NCBI GenBank assembly: GCA_963667665.2
Contig: OY763927.2
Location: forward strand, 1,184,001 to 1,248,000
Reading direction: 5' to 3'
DNA from: Nitrosopumilus sp.
Lineage (GTDB): Archaea > Thermoproteota > Nitrososphaeria > Nitrososphaerales > Nitrosopumilaceae
Length of the DNA stretch: 64,000 bases
The stretch's first letter is position 1. The number at the start of each line of letters is the position of its first letter. The position numbers were made by a program, and so were the translations under genes. Positions 27,911 to 37,709 of the stretch are shown here, in pieces. The notes under the pieces are model-generated. The model made no database searches. It was not told where the DNA came from and worked only from the letters and a program-made list of their open reading frames with translations.

Positions 27911-28885
27911 TTATTTTCTAGATTTGATGTGGTTGTGAACTTTAAATCCAATCAATGCAGGTGCTGCAATATACATTCCCAAGTTGAGTGCAATTACAGA
28001 AATTCCAAGTCCTAGAACTTCAACTTCTGAACCATCTTCAGCTAATGTCATTATTGACAATGATGATATCATTGGAGTGATAAAAGCTCTCACTACTTCT
28101 TGGAACATTGGATTTTCTCTTTCCATGTCAGCAATGATTGGTGAGAATGAATAGTACAATTGATTAAATCCAGTCATGAATGCTATTCCTGATTCAGTAC
28201 TCATTACAGTATTATCTCTAATTTCTCTGAGGAATTGAACTTGTGGTGCTAATTCAGTTCCATATGCTGCTGTTGCAATTAGACAACCACCACCACCTTT
28301 TGCTTCAGGTTCTTTATCCATTACTACTTGGCAAATACCATTTACTAATTCGGTTCCAGCTCCACATGTTGGTTCTGGTTCAGGTGTTGGTTCAGGTGTT
28401 GGTTCAGGTGTTGGTTCAGGTGTTGGTTCAGGTGTTGGTTCAGGTGTTGGTTCAGGTGTTGGTTCAGGTGTAGTACCAACAAACTCTCCACCAACATAAT
28501 TAATTGCAATTTCAGATTTATCGCCACCATATTTTGCTTCAACCATATAATCACCACTTAATTTCCATAGGTTACCACCAGCAGTGAAAGTAAATTGGAA
28601 TGAACCATCAGAGTTTGGAGATAGTTGTCCAATCCCCACAATACTATTGTCAGGAGACCATACCAGATAAGTAATATCACCAGCAGTTAATGATGAAGAT
28701 TCATAATTTTTGATCTGTCCAGAGATAACAACCTGAGAATCATTTGAATATATTGTCAAGTCAGATTCAAGGAATACTGGAGGAACATTATGTTCATCGG
28801 CAAAAGCAGAACCATTAACACCATAAGATAGGATTGAAATAAATAATAATGCAAACGCTAGGAATGCTGAAAGCCTCATTTTCAT
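27911..28885 (-). CDS. CFI-box-CTERM surface protein with a PEPT-repeat linker
   Basis: Signal peptide; (PEPT)n; CGAGTELVNGIC; GGGCLIATAAYGTELAPQVQFLREIRDN; C-terminal TM helix. Confidence 0.88.
   Translation of the reverse strand: MKMRLSAFLAFALLFISILSYGVNGSAFADEHNVPPVFLESDLTIYSNDSQVVISGQIKNYESSSLTAGDITYLVWSPDNSIVGIGQLSPNSDGSFQFTFTAGGNLWKLSGDYMVEAKYGGDKSEIAINYVGGEFVGTTPEPTPEPTPEPTPEPTPEPTPEPTPEPTPEPEPTCGAGTELVNGICQVVMDKEPEAKGGGGCLIATAAYGTELAPQVQFLREIRDNTVMSTESGIAFMTGFNQLYYSFSPIIADMERENPMFQEVVRAFITPMISSLSIMTLAEDGSEVEVLGLGISVIALNLGMYIAAPALIGFKVHNHIKSRK
28377..28472. repeat. 12-bp tandem repeat (GGTTCAGGTGTT) x8 encoding the Pro-Glu-Pro-Thr linker
   Basis: Seven perfect units plus one with a single terminal mismatch. 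Confidence 0.95.
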
Positions 28886-28939
28886 TTTGAATCTGAGTTG
28901 AGAGTATTTATGTATTAAATGAAATAAAAATTGACAGTA

Positions 28940-31900
28940 TTATACTAGAATTATACCTTTTTTGACCAAGTATTGGATCGACTCTATAAAGTCTTCATCA
29001 GATATTTGTTCATCAGCCCACCATTTGGCATTATTTTTGATCCAATCAGGAATTTCTCGTTCAAAAGAACTTCTCTCAGAAGGCATAACAGAGATTATTT
29101 CTTTATCAATTAGATGTTCAATTCCGTCAATAAATTCATTATCAGAAATACTGTTTGAAGACCACCAACGGGCATTATTTTTAATCCAATCAGGTATAAT
29201 TTCTGAAATTACAGAAAATGATAAAGTTCCAATATTTTTGTCATCATAGGAAAGATGGATTAAATATTTTCCAGGTGAGGAATTAGCATTTACAGTAAAA
29301 ATTGACTTGTAGCCGCCACTTGTACTTAGAGTTGCAGCAAAGTTTTGATCAGTTCCATCAGGATTTGTAAGAGTGATAGATAATGGAATTCCACGTTTTT
29401 GGTTCTTTATACTTCCAGACAAAATTATTTCTTGAACAGAACCAGTGTCTGGTAATGAAACTTTATCATGACTCAATTTTGCGGGACTAGAGAATGAGAC
29501 TGAAGTTTTCGAACTTGACAAACTGAAGATATTTGAATTTCCAGAGGCATCACGTGAATCATAATATCGTGCATCAATACTACCTCCAGCTGGCGAAATT
29601 AATTTTGAGCCAGTTCTATCACAAATCCATGATGGTAACTTAAAGACGCCCTCAAAGATTCCAGTACTTGGTCCTGTTTCAATTAGAGCAAATCCTGATG
29701 AAGCTAAACCACTATACTCAACACCGTCAATGGTACAACGTTTGTAACGAATGTCTTTGATTTTGATCTCTAACAAAATATTTCCATCTTTTCCTACAGT
29801 ATCAACAATAGGAGAATTTGGATCATTGATAGATTGATAGATTTCTATTGTATCACTTTTTAAATTAAGATCAGAATCTTTGAGAATAATGGTAACTGGT
29901 TGTCCAAATCGATACGTTGTTGAAGTAGTTGAAACTGTTCCAGAACTTGTTGATACATCAGATTTTGTAGAAGTTGTAGTAATCACACCGGTCTCATCTA
30001 AATCAGAATAAGATATTGCAATTCCTTCTTCATCAATTAATCTGTCGGTTACAATAATTTTTATTTCATCATCAATAGTTTGTATGGTTTGAATAAAATT
30101 AGGATCTAATATATTCAATTGATTTGTTACAGCATACTCAAAAGTACCTTCAAAAGTAGAAGAATTATCCTGAGTTTCTTCTAATTCAAAACGATAAATT
30201 GAATTGTTTATACTTTGATCATTTTTTAATCCAAATGAAAATAAATCAAAAACAATTGGTTGTTTGTTTGTTTCACTAGTAATAGACATTGCTCCAGAAG
30301 AATCAAAATCAATTATAAGAAATACAGTTCCGCTTTTAGCTGCAATAGCTTTCACATCCACATCATCAATTTGGATAAATCCTTGCGATGATGAAATATC
30401 GCCTGCATCAACTATAGTTATTGTGGATGAACCAAGAGTTACAAAAGAAAGAGCAAATGTAGTATCACTAAAATCAGAAATTCCAAAGTCACTTTCAAAG
30501 GATCTTAAATCATAATTTATCCAATTTGTACCATCTGTGTTTGATTCAGATACATCAAGCAAAATTGAAGATAGTGATAGTGCGGAAATTCCCAAGTCTA
30601 TTGAAAACATTTCATATGTGCCATCATCTACAATAGATGTGTCAATTACCAGCCGGTCAGAGTTAAAGTCAGGCACGGAAGAGTTTGCATCATCACCTAT
30701 AGGAAAAGTAGCAGATGATGTGTGAAATAGTACATCCTGAGTATTCTCAAAAGTAATAGGATTTCCGATTGTGATGGTTGGTATGATTGCTGTTGTTCTA
30801 AATACATCCAAATCACCGCGTGCGCCAGTGTTTAGATTTTGATCAGGATCTACCAAAATTACAGGGTATTCAGTTCCAGGATGAAGAGTTTCACCATTTG
30901 CAATTGTCAATACTGGGTCAGGGTTAAGCGAGACTGAAGCAGTTGAAGATCCTGTCAAAACTGAGATAGAATCTTTATTGTAATTGATTATTCCAGTTTG
31001 ACCACGTGGAGCATCATCAAGAATTCCTATTGTAGATTGATCACTTGAATCAAAGTTTTCAAAAAGTCCAGAATTTGGTTCTTGTTCAACTAATGTGACA
31101 ATTTTAGAAAATGTGTTTGTACCCCCATCACCTACTGAAGAATTAGGTTGATCACTGTTTATTTTTAGCTCCATTATGTTTCCAAGATTCAAAGAGAGTT
31201 TACCATTATCTTCAAATCCTAAGTTTGAAAGATATGGAACCAAATCTACTAAACCTGCCCCTCCATTTGCAGAGCTAGTACCAGCATTATCATATGCTTG
31301 ATAAAATGTACTCATTGTAGAATTAATGTTAAAAGTCCAAGAGTCTTCATCAGTAGGATCTTGATTTAATTGAAAGTCATTTACATTTAGAAAAACTTCG
31401 GCATTATCGGGATATAGATCTCTATCTATACTAAAAGAAATATTTTGTATTTCATCATATTCAAGTGAAACTTGTTGTGATGGGCCACCAGGATTGTATT
31501 GAATTATTACATCATCAAATGAATAGAGTTGAATTAATGGCCAAGCATTAGAATCTAATCCAATTTGTCCAGTAGGAATATTTGGATTTGTATTAATTGA
31601 TTTTGCTTTTCTAACTATATTATTCAAATTTGTAGAACCAGTTGGAGAACCAGTACAGGAACTAAATGAGGAATCGCCATTAGTAAAACTCCCCAAACCT
31701 ACAGATTGAGGTACTGCAACTCCATCAGTTTCAGATATAGTAATTCCAAATACAGATGATGATGTATCTCTACTACAGAAAACTCCAAAATCTAATCCTT
31801 GTCCAGCTAATCCTACCGTAGAATCTGCTATCTTTGCCTTCTCGACATTTGCAAAATAAGCATACCAATTACCATCAGTGGCCTGAACCATTCGTAATGA

Positions 31901-32131
31901 TTTTCCATTAAGTGTAACATCAGGTTCTCCCTTTCCATCATCAGTATCATGTAGATTTGAATCACGAATAACTACTTCAATTACCATAGAGCCTGAAAAA
32001 TGATTGTCAAATTGGGAATTTTCAGCAGATACAAACAAGTTTGGATTACTTGATGCCTCAGCATTCACTACAGGAATTAGTGAAAATATTGAGAAAATTA
32101 TTAGTAAATAGAAGCATTTCTTGTCCAACAC
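28940..32131 (-). CDS. large secreted S-layer-like protein with a C-terminal IPDWIKNNAxWW repeat domain
   Basis: N-terminus NLFVSAENSQFDN...GEPDVTLNGKSLRMVQATDGNWYAYFA resembles Nitrosopumilus S-layer proteins (from recall); ETGPSTGIFEG-type repeats; two IPDWIKNNA.WW units. Confidence 0.7.
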   Translation of the reverse strand: MLDKKCFYLLIIFSIFSLIPVVNAEASSNPNLFVSAENSQFDNHFSGSMVIEVVIRDSNLHDTDDGKGEPDVTLNGKSLRMVQATDGNWYAYFANVEKAKIADSTVGLAGQGLDFGVFCSRDTSSSVFGITISETDGVAVPQSVGLGSFTNGDSSFSSCTGSPTGSTNLNNIVRKAKSINTNPNIPTGQIGLDSNAWPLIQLYSFDDVIIQYNPGGPSQQVSLEYDEIQNISFSIDRDLYPDNAEVFLNVNDFQLNQDPTDEDSWTFNINSTMSTFYQAYDNAGTSSANGGAGLVDLVPYLSNLGFEDNGKLSLNLGNIMELKINSDQPNSSVGDGGTNTFSKIVTLVEQEPNSGLFENFDSSDQSTIGILDDAPRGQTGIINYNKDSISVLTGSSTASVSLNPDPVLTIANGETLHPGTEYPVILVDPDQNLNTGARGDLDVFRTTAIIPTITIGNPITFENTQDVLFHTSSATFPIGDDANSSVPDFNSDRLVIDTSIVDDGTYEMFSIDLGISALSLSSILLDVSESNTDGTNWINYDLRSFESDFGISDFSDTTFALSFVTLGSSTITIVDAGDISSSQGFIQIDDVDVKAIAAKSGTVFLIIDFDSSGAMSITSETNKQPIVFDLFSFGLKNDQSINNSIYRFELEETQDNSSTFEGTFEYAVTNQLNILDPNFIQTIQTIDDEIKIIVTDRLIDEEGIAISYSDLDETGVITTTSTKSDVSTSSGTVSTTSTTYRFGQPVTIILKDSDLNLKSDTIEIYQSINDPNSPIVDTVGKDGNILLEIKIKDIRYKRCTIDGVEYSGLASSGFALIETGPSTGIFEGVFKLPSWICDRTGSKLISPAGGSIDARYYDSRDASGNSNIFSLSSSKTSVSFSSPAKLSHDKVSLPDTGSVQEIILSGSIKNQKRGIPLSITLTNPDGTDQNFAATLSTSGGYKSIFTVNANSSPGKYLIHLSYDDKNIGTLSFSVISEIIPDWIKNNARWWSSNSISDNEFIDGIEHLIDKEIISVMPSERSSFEREIPDWIKNNAKWWADEQISDEDFIESIQYLVKKGIILV

Positions 32132-32223
32132 TCAAAATTCCATTTTATCACAAATAACATTGTCGTAGCATTTCTTCTTAGAAACTAGTAATACATAATA
32201 AGAAATATCAAAAAATAAGGAAA

Positions 32224-33576
32224 ATGTTTGTTCAAAGAACCAAAGTTTTACAGATTTCACTTTTAGCTATTTTTTCTGCATTTCTAGTAGAGTTAATTTT
32301 TGGTTTAATCTCAAACAGTCTTGCACTCATCACTGATAGTATTCATGCATTGTTAGACTGTGTAGTTACAATTGTTTTACTTTTGGCAGCAAGAATGGCA
32401 ATCAAACCACCTGATGCAGAACATACCTACGGACATGGAAAAATTGAATCACTAGGTGGATTAATTGGAGGAATAGCAATTTTTCTGATTGCATGTTTTT
32501 TTATTTATGAATCTATCAACAGATTACAGAGTCCGCCACCAAGTATTCTACCAGGATTATTTGCAATAATTGGTGGATTATACACAATAGGAATTGATTT
32601 TTTCAGAATAATTCTGTTAAGAAGAGCCATAAAAAAAATTGGAGGTGCAACTCTCAAAGCAGATTTCTACCATGCATTTATGGATCTTGGTTCTACCGTA
32701 GTTGCAATTGCGGGAATAGTTTTGATATCATATGGATTCTATTATGGAGATTTTGTTGCAGCATTAATTTTAGGAGGATTATTAGCAGTACTTAGTGTAA
32801 AACTAATCTACAAAACTGCTCTTGATTTGACAGACATCATCTCACCTAAACTTGTAAAAGATGTCAGAGAGATTGCAACTTCAACAAAGGGAGTAATTGA
32901 TGCCAATCCAATACTGATGAGAAGATCAGGTGATACAATTTTTACAGACATAACCATCTCATTAAGAGGTGATACTAGTTTTGATAAAGCACATGAAATT
33001 AGTAATAGTGTTGAGAGAAACATAAAAAATAAAATTTCAAATGCATCAATTACAATCCATTTTGAGCCAAATTGGAAAGATGTTCCATTGGATGGAAAAA
33101 TTTTAGATATTGCAAAAAGTGTTGATGGTGTAAAAGATGTTCATAATGTTAGTACACACAAAACCAAGGGAAAGACATTTTCTGATTTACATGTAATGGT
33201 TGACAAAGAGATCAATCTATCATCAGCCCATAAAATTTCTGAAATTGTTGAGCAGAAAATTCAAGAAAATATACTTGAAATTGCACATTCTACTATCCAT
33301 TTAGAGCCATTTGTGACAGTACCTGAGAAATTTAATGTAGAAGACACAATTACAGAAGATGAAATCAAGGAGGTTTTAGAGAAATATCCCGAAATCAAAA
33401 AAATTGGTCGCATTGTATCTTTGAGTTTTGAGAATATTCTCAAAATAGACATAGATTGTTCATTTGATAAGGAATTGTCAATTGAAAAAGTTCATGATTT
33501 AACATCAAAAATAGAACATGTCATTAGAACACAAATCAAAAATGCTGTAATTACAATTCATCCAGAACCAGACTAA
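32224..33576 (+). CDS. cation diffusion facilitator (FieF-like) with three C-terminal domains
   Basis: SLALITDSIHALLD, HTYGHGKIE, ADFYHAFMD; three IH.EP-ending dimerisation domains. Confidence 0.92.
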   Translation: MFVQRTKVLQISLLAIFSAFLVELIFGLISNSLALITDSIHALLDCVVTIVLLLAARMAIKPPDAEHTYGHGKIESLGGLIGGIAIFLIACFFIYESINRLQSPPPSILPGLFAIIGGLYTIGIDFFRIILLRRAIKKIGGATLKADFYHAFMDLGSTVVAIAGIVLISYGFYYGDFVAALILGGLLAVLSVKLIYKTALDLTDIISPKLVKDVREIATSTKGVIDANPILMRRSGDTIFTDITISLRGDTSFDKAHEISNSVERNIKNKISNASITIHFEPNWKDVPLDGKILDIAKSVDGVKDVHNVSTHKTKGKTFSDLHVMVDKEINLSSAHKISEIVEQKIQENILEIAHSTIHLEPFVTVPEKFNVEDTITEDEIKEVLEKYPEIKKIGRIVSLSFENILKIDIDCSFDKELSIEKVHDLTSKIEHVIRTQIKNAVITIHPEPD

Positions 33577-34751
33577 ACCAAAATACTAGTCAGATACATT
33601 ACTAACATTCCTGCTGCAAAACCAGATACCACAGCAGCACTAGAGAAATTTTTGTCACCTTCATCTCTAATCCATTTCATTATTACAACAATTACTTGAA
33701 AAATAGCTCCTGCTCCAATTGCAAGAAAAATCACCGATGTAAATGGAGAATATACAAAACCACCAACCCATGCACCAAAAATGGCAGGAGAGCCTGCAAT
33801 TAACCCCATTGCGGCCAGTTTTCCTATCATTAATTTTCCTCTAGACATAGGGGCTGCGATAGCTATTCCTTCAGTAGTGTTATGCAAAGCAAATCCTACA
33901 ATTAGAAACGTGCTAAATGCAATAGAGCCCAATCCAACAGCTGCACCAATTGCAAGTCCTTCACCAAAATTATGCATTCCAATTCCAATAGAAATCATTA
34001 ATGCAATTGCGACAGGTTTTGAAATTTTTGAAGAATCAGCTTTTTTGACAAGTTTGTTTCCAGCATAATATAATCCAAGAAAAGACAATACTGTAACGGT
34101 AGCAACAAGCAAAGTACCATTAAAACTTCCAGCTAAACTCTCATCAGAAACATCAATTGCTTCTTCAATAGAATCAATTGCCAAGAAAAATAATAATCCA
34201 GCAGTTAATGCCAAAAAGAAATGGTACTTTTGTTTGCTTATTCTTTTTATGAAAGGAAGCCATAACAATCCAATCATTACAGGAATAATTCCAACATAAG
34301 TTCCAATTACTGCAAAAAAGATTACAAGATCAAAAGATGGTTCTAATGCAGGGGCAGCTGCCTCTATCTCTTTTTCAAATCTAGTTCCATCTTCGATAGT
34401 GATTCCAATTATGTAGGGTTCTGCTTCATTCCATTCAAATGGTATTCTTACCAAAGCTGTTTCAAACCGTTCTAGGAATCTATCGGGTTCAACTGCTGCA
34501 GGTTGTATTCTGTCATTAATATCTGCCATAACTACTTCAACAGAAATAGGTCCAGTGTTTCGTACAGTAGCTTGAATTTCAGAATCAACAAAATCTACTT
34601 TCTCAATAGTTATTTCAGGTAAAGGAACACCCAAATCTAACAAATCAGATCCAGGACCGAAAATGTATGCTATCAAAAGTATGAGAAACACAAATGGAAT
34701 TATACCACTTGCTAGAATCTTGCCTTTTGATGATTTGTTACTAATTTCCAT
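33573..34751 (-). CDS. ZIP-family metal transporter with an extracellular N-terminal domain
   Basis: GMHNFGEGLAIG and ALHNTTEGIAI signatures. Confidence 0.92.
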   Translation of the reverse strand: MEISNKSSKGKILASGIIPFVFLILLIAYIFGPGSDLLDLGVPLPEITIEKVDFVDSEIQATVRNTGPISVEVVMADINDRIQPAAVEPDRFLERFETALVRIPFEWNEAEPYIIGITIEDGTRFEKEIEAAAPALEPSFDLVIFFAVIGTYVGIIPVMIGLLWLPFIKRISKQKYHFFLALTAGLLFFLAIDSIEEAIDVSDESLAGSFNGTLLVATVTVLSFLGLYYAGNKLVKKADSSKISKPVAIALMISIGIGMHNFGEGLAIGAAVGLGSIAFSTFLIVGFALHNTTEGIAIAAPMSRGKLMIGKLAAMGLIAGSPAIFGAWVGGFVYSPFTSVIFLAIGAGAIFQVIVVIMKWIRDEGDKNFSSAAVVSGFAAGMLVMYLTSILV

Positions 34752-35817
34752 AATCTACTCCTGTTTGTGATTTTTGAATTTGATTATCTTTAACTAGAAA
34801 TATTCCAACCCAACCTTTTTCTGAAAATTCTACCTTGTGAGCGTGAAATAGATACTTTCCAGGATATTCATACTGGAATTCCATAATACCACGCTCAGTT
34901 TGTGATAGAGTAATCATATCAGTGTAAAACGAAGGAACAGTATCGGTTCCTGTTGGATAATAATGATATAGATTGCCATGTAAGTGTAGATTGTTTATTG
35001 GATCGAATTCAACCATATTGACAACATAGATTCGAATTAGTTCATTAGTGTTAATTTCAATGGGATGATGTTGGTAATAAAATGGAATCGTGTTTGCAGC
35101 ATAGAAATTATTTTCAGTATCAAAATCAGTATCCAAACCATTTAGTACCATAACCATTTCATCTGCTAATGGTCTACCTTCTTTTGGATCAACTATGTAA
35201 ACACCATACAGACCACGGACAATATGTTCTTCAAGTGGCATCACATGACAGTGATATGGATGAACACCAACAGGACCTGCTTTAAATTCATAAGTAAAAC
35301 TACCTCCAGGTCCAACTATTTCAAATACACCATCCATCTCGGCTGGATGAATTCCATGAAAGTGCATTGTATGAGATTTTGAACCGTTATTCATGAAATT
35401 TATACGAACAAGATCACCTTCAGTAGCTCTTATGGTTGGACCTGGAACAGTACCATTGAATGTCCACACATTAAAGAATACACCTGGTGAAACTTCCATA
35501 ATTTTATCATCTTCTGCAATAATAGTAAATTCTCTTAGAGTAGTTCCATCAGATAACTGTGAAACTTTTCCATAGTTAAATTCTCGTAGATATTCCATCG
35601 GGTCAAATTCCAATGTTGCACTAGTATACAGGGGATCCAATACTTCACCTGTTGTTTTTATAACACCACCAGTATGTGTAACAAAGACGATCTCTTCTAG
35701 TTGGGCACTAATATCTTCTGTAAATGTAAAGTAAAGTGTAGACATTGCAATGATCACAAATATTGATACGATCATAATTCTAGAGCGATATTTTTTCATT
35801 AGATATATTCTGCGCAC
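34741..35817 (-). CDS. two-domain multicopper oxidase
   Basis: WTFNGTVPGPTIR, HTMHFHG, YHCHVMPLEEH, LHLHG, YLFHAH; N-terminal membrane anchor; start may be 35799 or 35775. Confidence 0.92.
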   Translation of the reverse strand: MRRIYLMKKYRSRIMIVSIFVIIAMSTLYFTFTEDISAQLEEIVFVTHTGGVIKTTGEVLDPLYTSATLEFDPMEYLREFNYGKVSQLSDGTTLREFTIIAEDDKIMEVSPGVFFNVWTFNGTVPGPTIRATEGDLVRINFMNNGSKSHTMHFHGIHPAEMDGVFEIVGPGGSFTYEFKAGPVGVHPYHCHVMPLEEHIVRGLYGVYIVDPKEGRPLADEMVMVLNGLDTDFDTENNFYAANTIPFYYQHHPIEINTNELIRIYVVNMVEFDPINNLHLHGNLYHYYPTGTDTVPSFYTDMITLSQTERGIMEFQYEYPGKYLFHAHKVEFSEKGWVGIFLVKDNQIQKSQTGVDYGN

Positions 35818-35837
35818 GTCTAAATTGTAATTTAAAT

Positions 35838-35889
35838 TTACCCTAAGCTAACTTTTTTAGCATTATCTAACTTTGTTAAACAAGACTAA
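35838..35889. promoter_or_regulatory. three tandem TTAN-N6-CTAA boxes at 19-bp period (candidate DtxR/MntR-type operators)
   Basis: ttac-cctaag-ctaa (35838), ttag-cattat-ctaa (35857), ttaa-acaaga-ctaa (35876), directly upstream of MCO-ZIP. Confidence 0.55.
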
Positions 35890-35941
35890 TTTACAAATTT
35901 TAAAAAATTACGTTTAAACTAAAGAAAATCAGTCATAATTT

Positions 35942-36445
35942 GTGCAAAAATCAGGAATAATGCTCATGAGTTCAGCTGCATTAATTGCAATAGGATTGCT
36001 TTTGTTAGTTTTAGGAAATCAAATTATCTTAGAAGGAATTAGTCAGGGAGAGGGAAAAGTGAGTTCTAGTCAATCACTGACAGTTTCAGCAGATTTTGAT
36101 TCACAAGAGACATCAACAGGAATTTTTGCGGTCCAAATTATGGAATTCAAAGATAACATATTTTCTGTTAAAGTATTAGATCCATTAGAGAGTGAAATTA
36201 TTTTTCAAACAATTAATGAAGAAACAATTGAAAAAGAATTTGATGTTTTAGAGACTGGAACATACGAACTAATCATTGAAAGTACTAGTAATGAGGAACC
36301 TATGATATTTGCAGCTATAGGACCACTTCCAGATGCTAACAAACAATTACTTGGCTCTATTTCAATTATTATACTTGTTATTGGAATGATTGGACTAGTA
36401 GTAGTAGGAATTTACGGAATTAAATATAGAAGAAAATCAATTTAG
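35942..36445 (+). CDS. hypothetical membrane protein (two TM helices flanking a beta-rich domain)
   Basis: N- and C-terminal hydrophobic helices. Confidence 0.75.
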   Translation: MQKSGIMLMSSAALIAIGLLLLVLGNQIILEGISQGEGKVSSSQSLTVSADFDSQETSTGIFAVQIMEFKDNIFSVKVLDPLESEIIFQTINEETIEKEFDVLETGTYELIIESTSNEEPMIFAAIGPLPDANKQLLGSISIIILVIGMIGLVVVGIYGIKYRRKSI

Positions 36446-36757
36446 ATAACTATCCATTTTTTCAAGACTATCAATGGCAGCATCAAAGTTATCACTATTT
36501 TCAACAATTGTGTTTAGTTTATCAGAATTGGCAGCAAGAAAACATTTTCCATCATCAGATTTTTTGGAAATAAATTCATGCTCTATCAAATAAGAGAGTC
36601 TTTCAAGAACCTCAGATTCAGATATGGAAACTTTTTGGGCTAAAAATGAACATTCTTTTTCACCATCTTCTAGTTCTGCCAATATTGAAGATGTTATAGG
36701 ATCAAACATACAATCTACGACTTTTTCTCGATCAAATGTTTCATCCATTTCACACAA
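36437..36757 (-). CDS. winged-helix (ArsR-like) hypothetical protein
   Basis: DPITSSILAELEDGEK...LAQKVSISESEVLERLSYLIEHEFI. Confidence 0.65.
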   Translation of the reverse strand: MCEMDETFDREKVVDCMFDPITSSILAELEDGEKECSFLAQKVSISESEVLERLSYLIEHEFISKKSDDGKCFLAANSDKLNTIVENSDNFDAAIDSLEKMDSYLN

Positions 36758-36835
36758 TTAGAAAAGTTGTAAATTTATAACTTTTCACACAAATCATGCC
36801 AATAAGATAATTAGGAAAAAGATACTCAGATAATC

Positions 36836-36988
36836 ATGCAAAAACTTTGCATCAAAGATCCATCAGGAAAAGGCAAACACTGTTTTTGTATAGATATTGA
36901 TGCCCAGCGAGGAGTCAAAAAATGCTGTAAATGTAACCAATGGAATGTTCAAGGTAATGACTGGACAGAAGATGCAGACTTTAGATAA
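36836..36988 (+). CDS. putative 50-aa Cys-rich microprotein
   Basis: Manual translation MQKLCIKDPSGKGKHCFCIDIDAQRGVKKCCKCNQWNVQGNDWTEDADFR; lies below the ORF-track cutoff. Confidence 0.6.
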   Translation: MQKLCIKDPSGKGKHCFCIDIDAQRGVKKCCKCNQWNVQGNDWTEDADFR

Positions 36989-37115
36989 TTTGAAATAAAA
37001 AATGGTATTATTATTGTGACTAGACACAAAAATCATCAGAAAAGAAAATTAGAAAAATCACCGAATTTGACGCCTAGCATGGTTTTTATCGGGGTTTCCT
37101 TGAATTTTGGAATAA

Positions 37116-37700
37116 TTGAGCAGTCAAGAATATAGACACATTGTAAGGATTGTGGGTAACGATATCCTAGGTGAGAGAAAGTCACTTGTAGGATTAACCC
37201 AGATCAAAGGTATTGGTTACAACTTTGCTACAGCAATTTTGGATACTCTAAAAATTAATACAAATTCCAATATCGGTAATCTTACGGATGATAATGTCAA
37301 AGCAATTGAAAAATTAATTTTAGATCCAATTGGAGCAAATTTTCCAACATGGTTTCTTAACAGAAACAAAGATTTTGAAACCGGAAAAAATTTGCATTTG
37401 TTAACATCAGATATTCCATTTACATTAAGAAATGATATTGAAAGAGAAAGAATAACTGCAAGTTGGAGAGCTTATCGTCATCTAAGTGGACTAAAAGTTA
37501 GAGGACAAAGAACTAGAACTTCAGGAAGAAAAGGTGGTGCAGTTGGTGTTGCCAAAGGTGGACTAGCAGCTCCAGTAAAGAAAGGTGATCCAGGAGCTCC
37601 AGGAGCAGATGCAGCAGCTACTACAGCAGATGCAGCAACAGAAAAGAAAGAAGCTCCAGCAGCAGAAAAGAAAGAAGCTCCAGTGGAGAAAAAGAAATAG
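37116..37700 (+). CDS. rps13: 30S ribosomal protein S13 (uS13)
   Basis: [27 protein letters not shown]; Ala/Lys/Glu-rich tail. Confidence 0.97.
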   Translation: MSSQEYRHIVRIVGNDILGERKSLVGLTQIKGIGYNFATAILDTLKINTNSNIGNLTDDNVKAIEKLILDPIGANFPTWFLNRNKDFETGKNLHLLTSDIPFTLRNDIERERITASWRAYRHLSGLKVRGQRTRTSGRKGGAVGVAKGGLAAPVKKGDPGAPGADAAATTADAATEKKEAPAAEKKEAPVEKKK

Positions 37701-37709
37701 GTGTAATAA

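Noticed and set aside
28243-28557. ORFs with (VLVQ)n and (HLNQ)n repeats
   Set aside because: These are alternative-frame readings of the 12-bp PEPT minisatellite.
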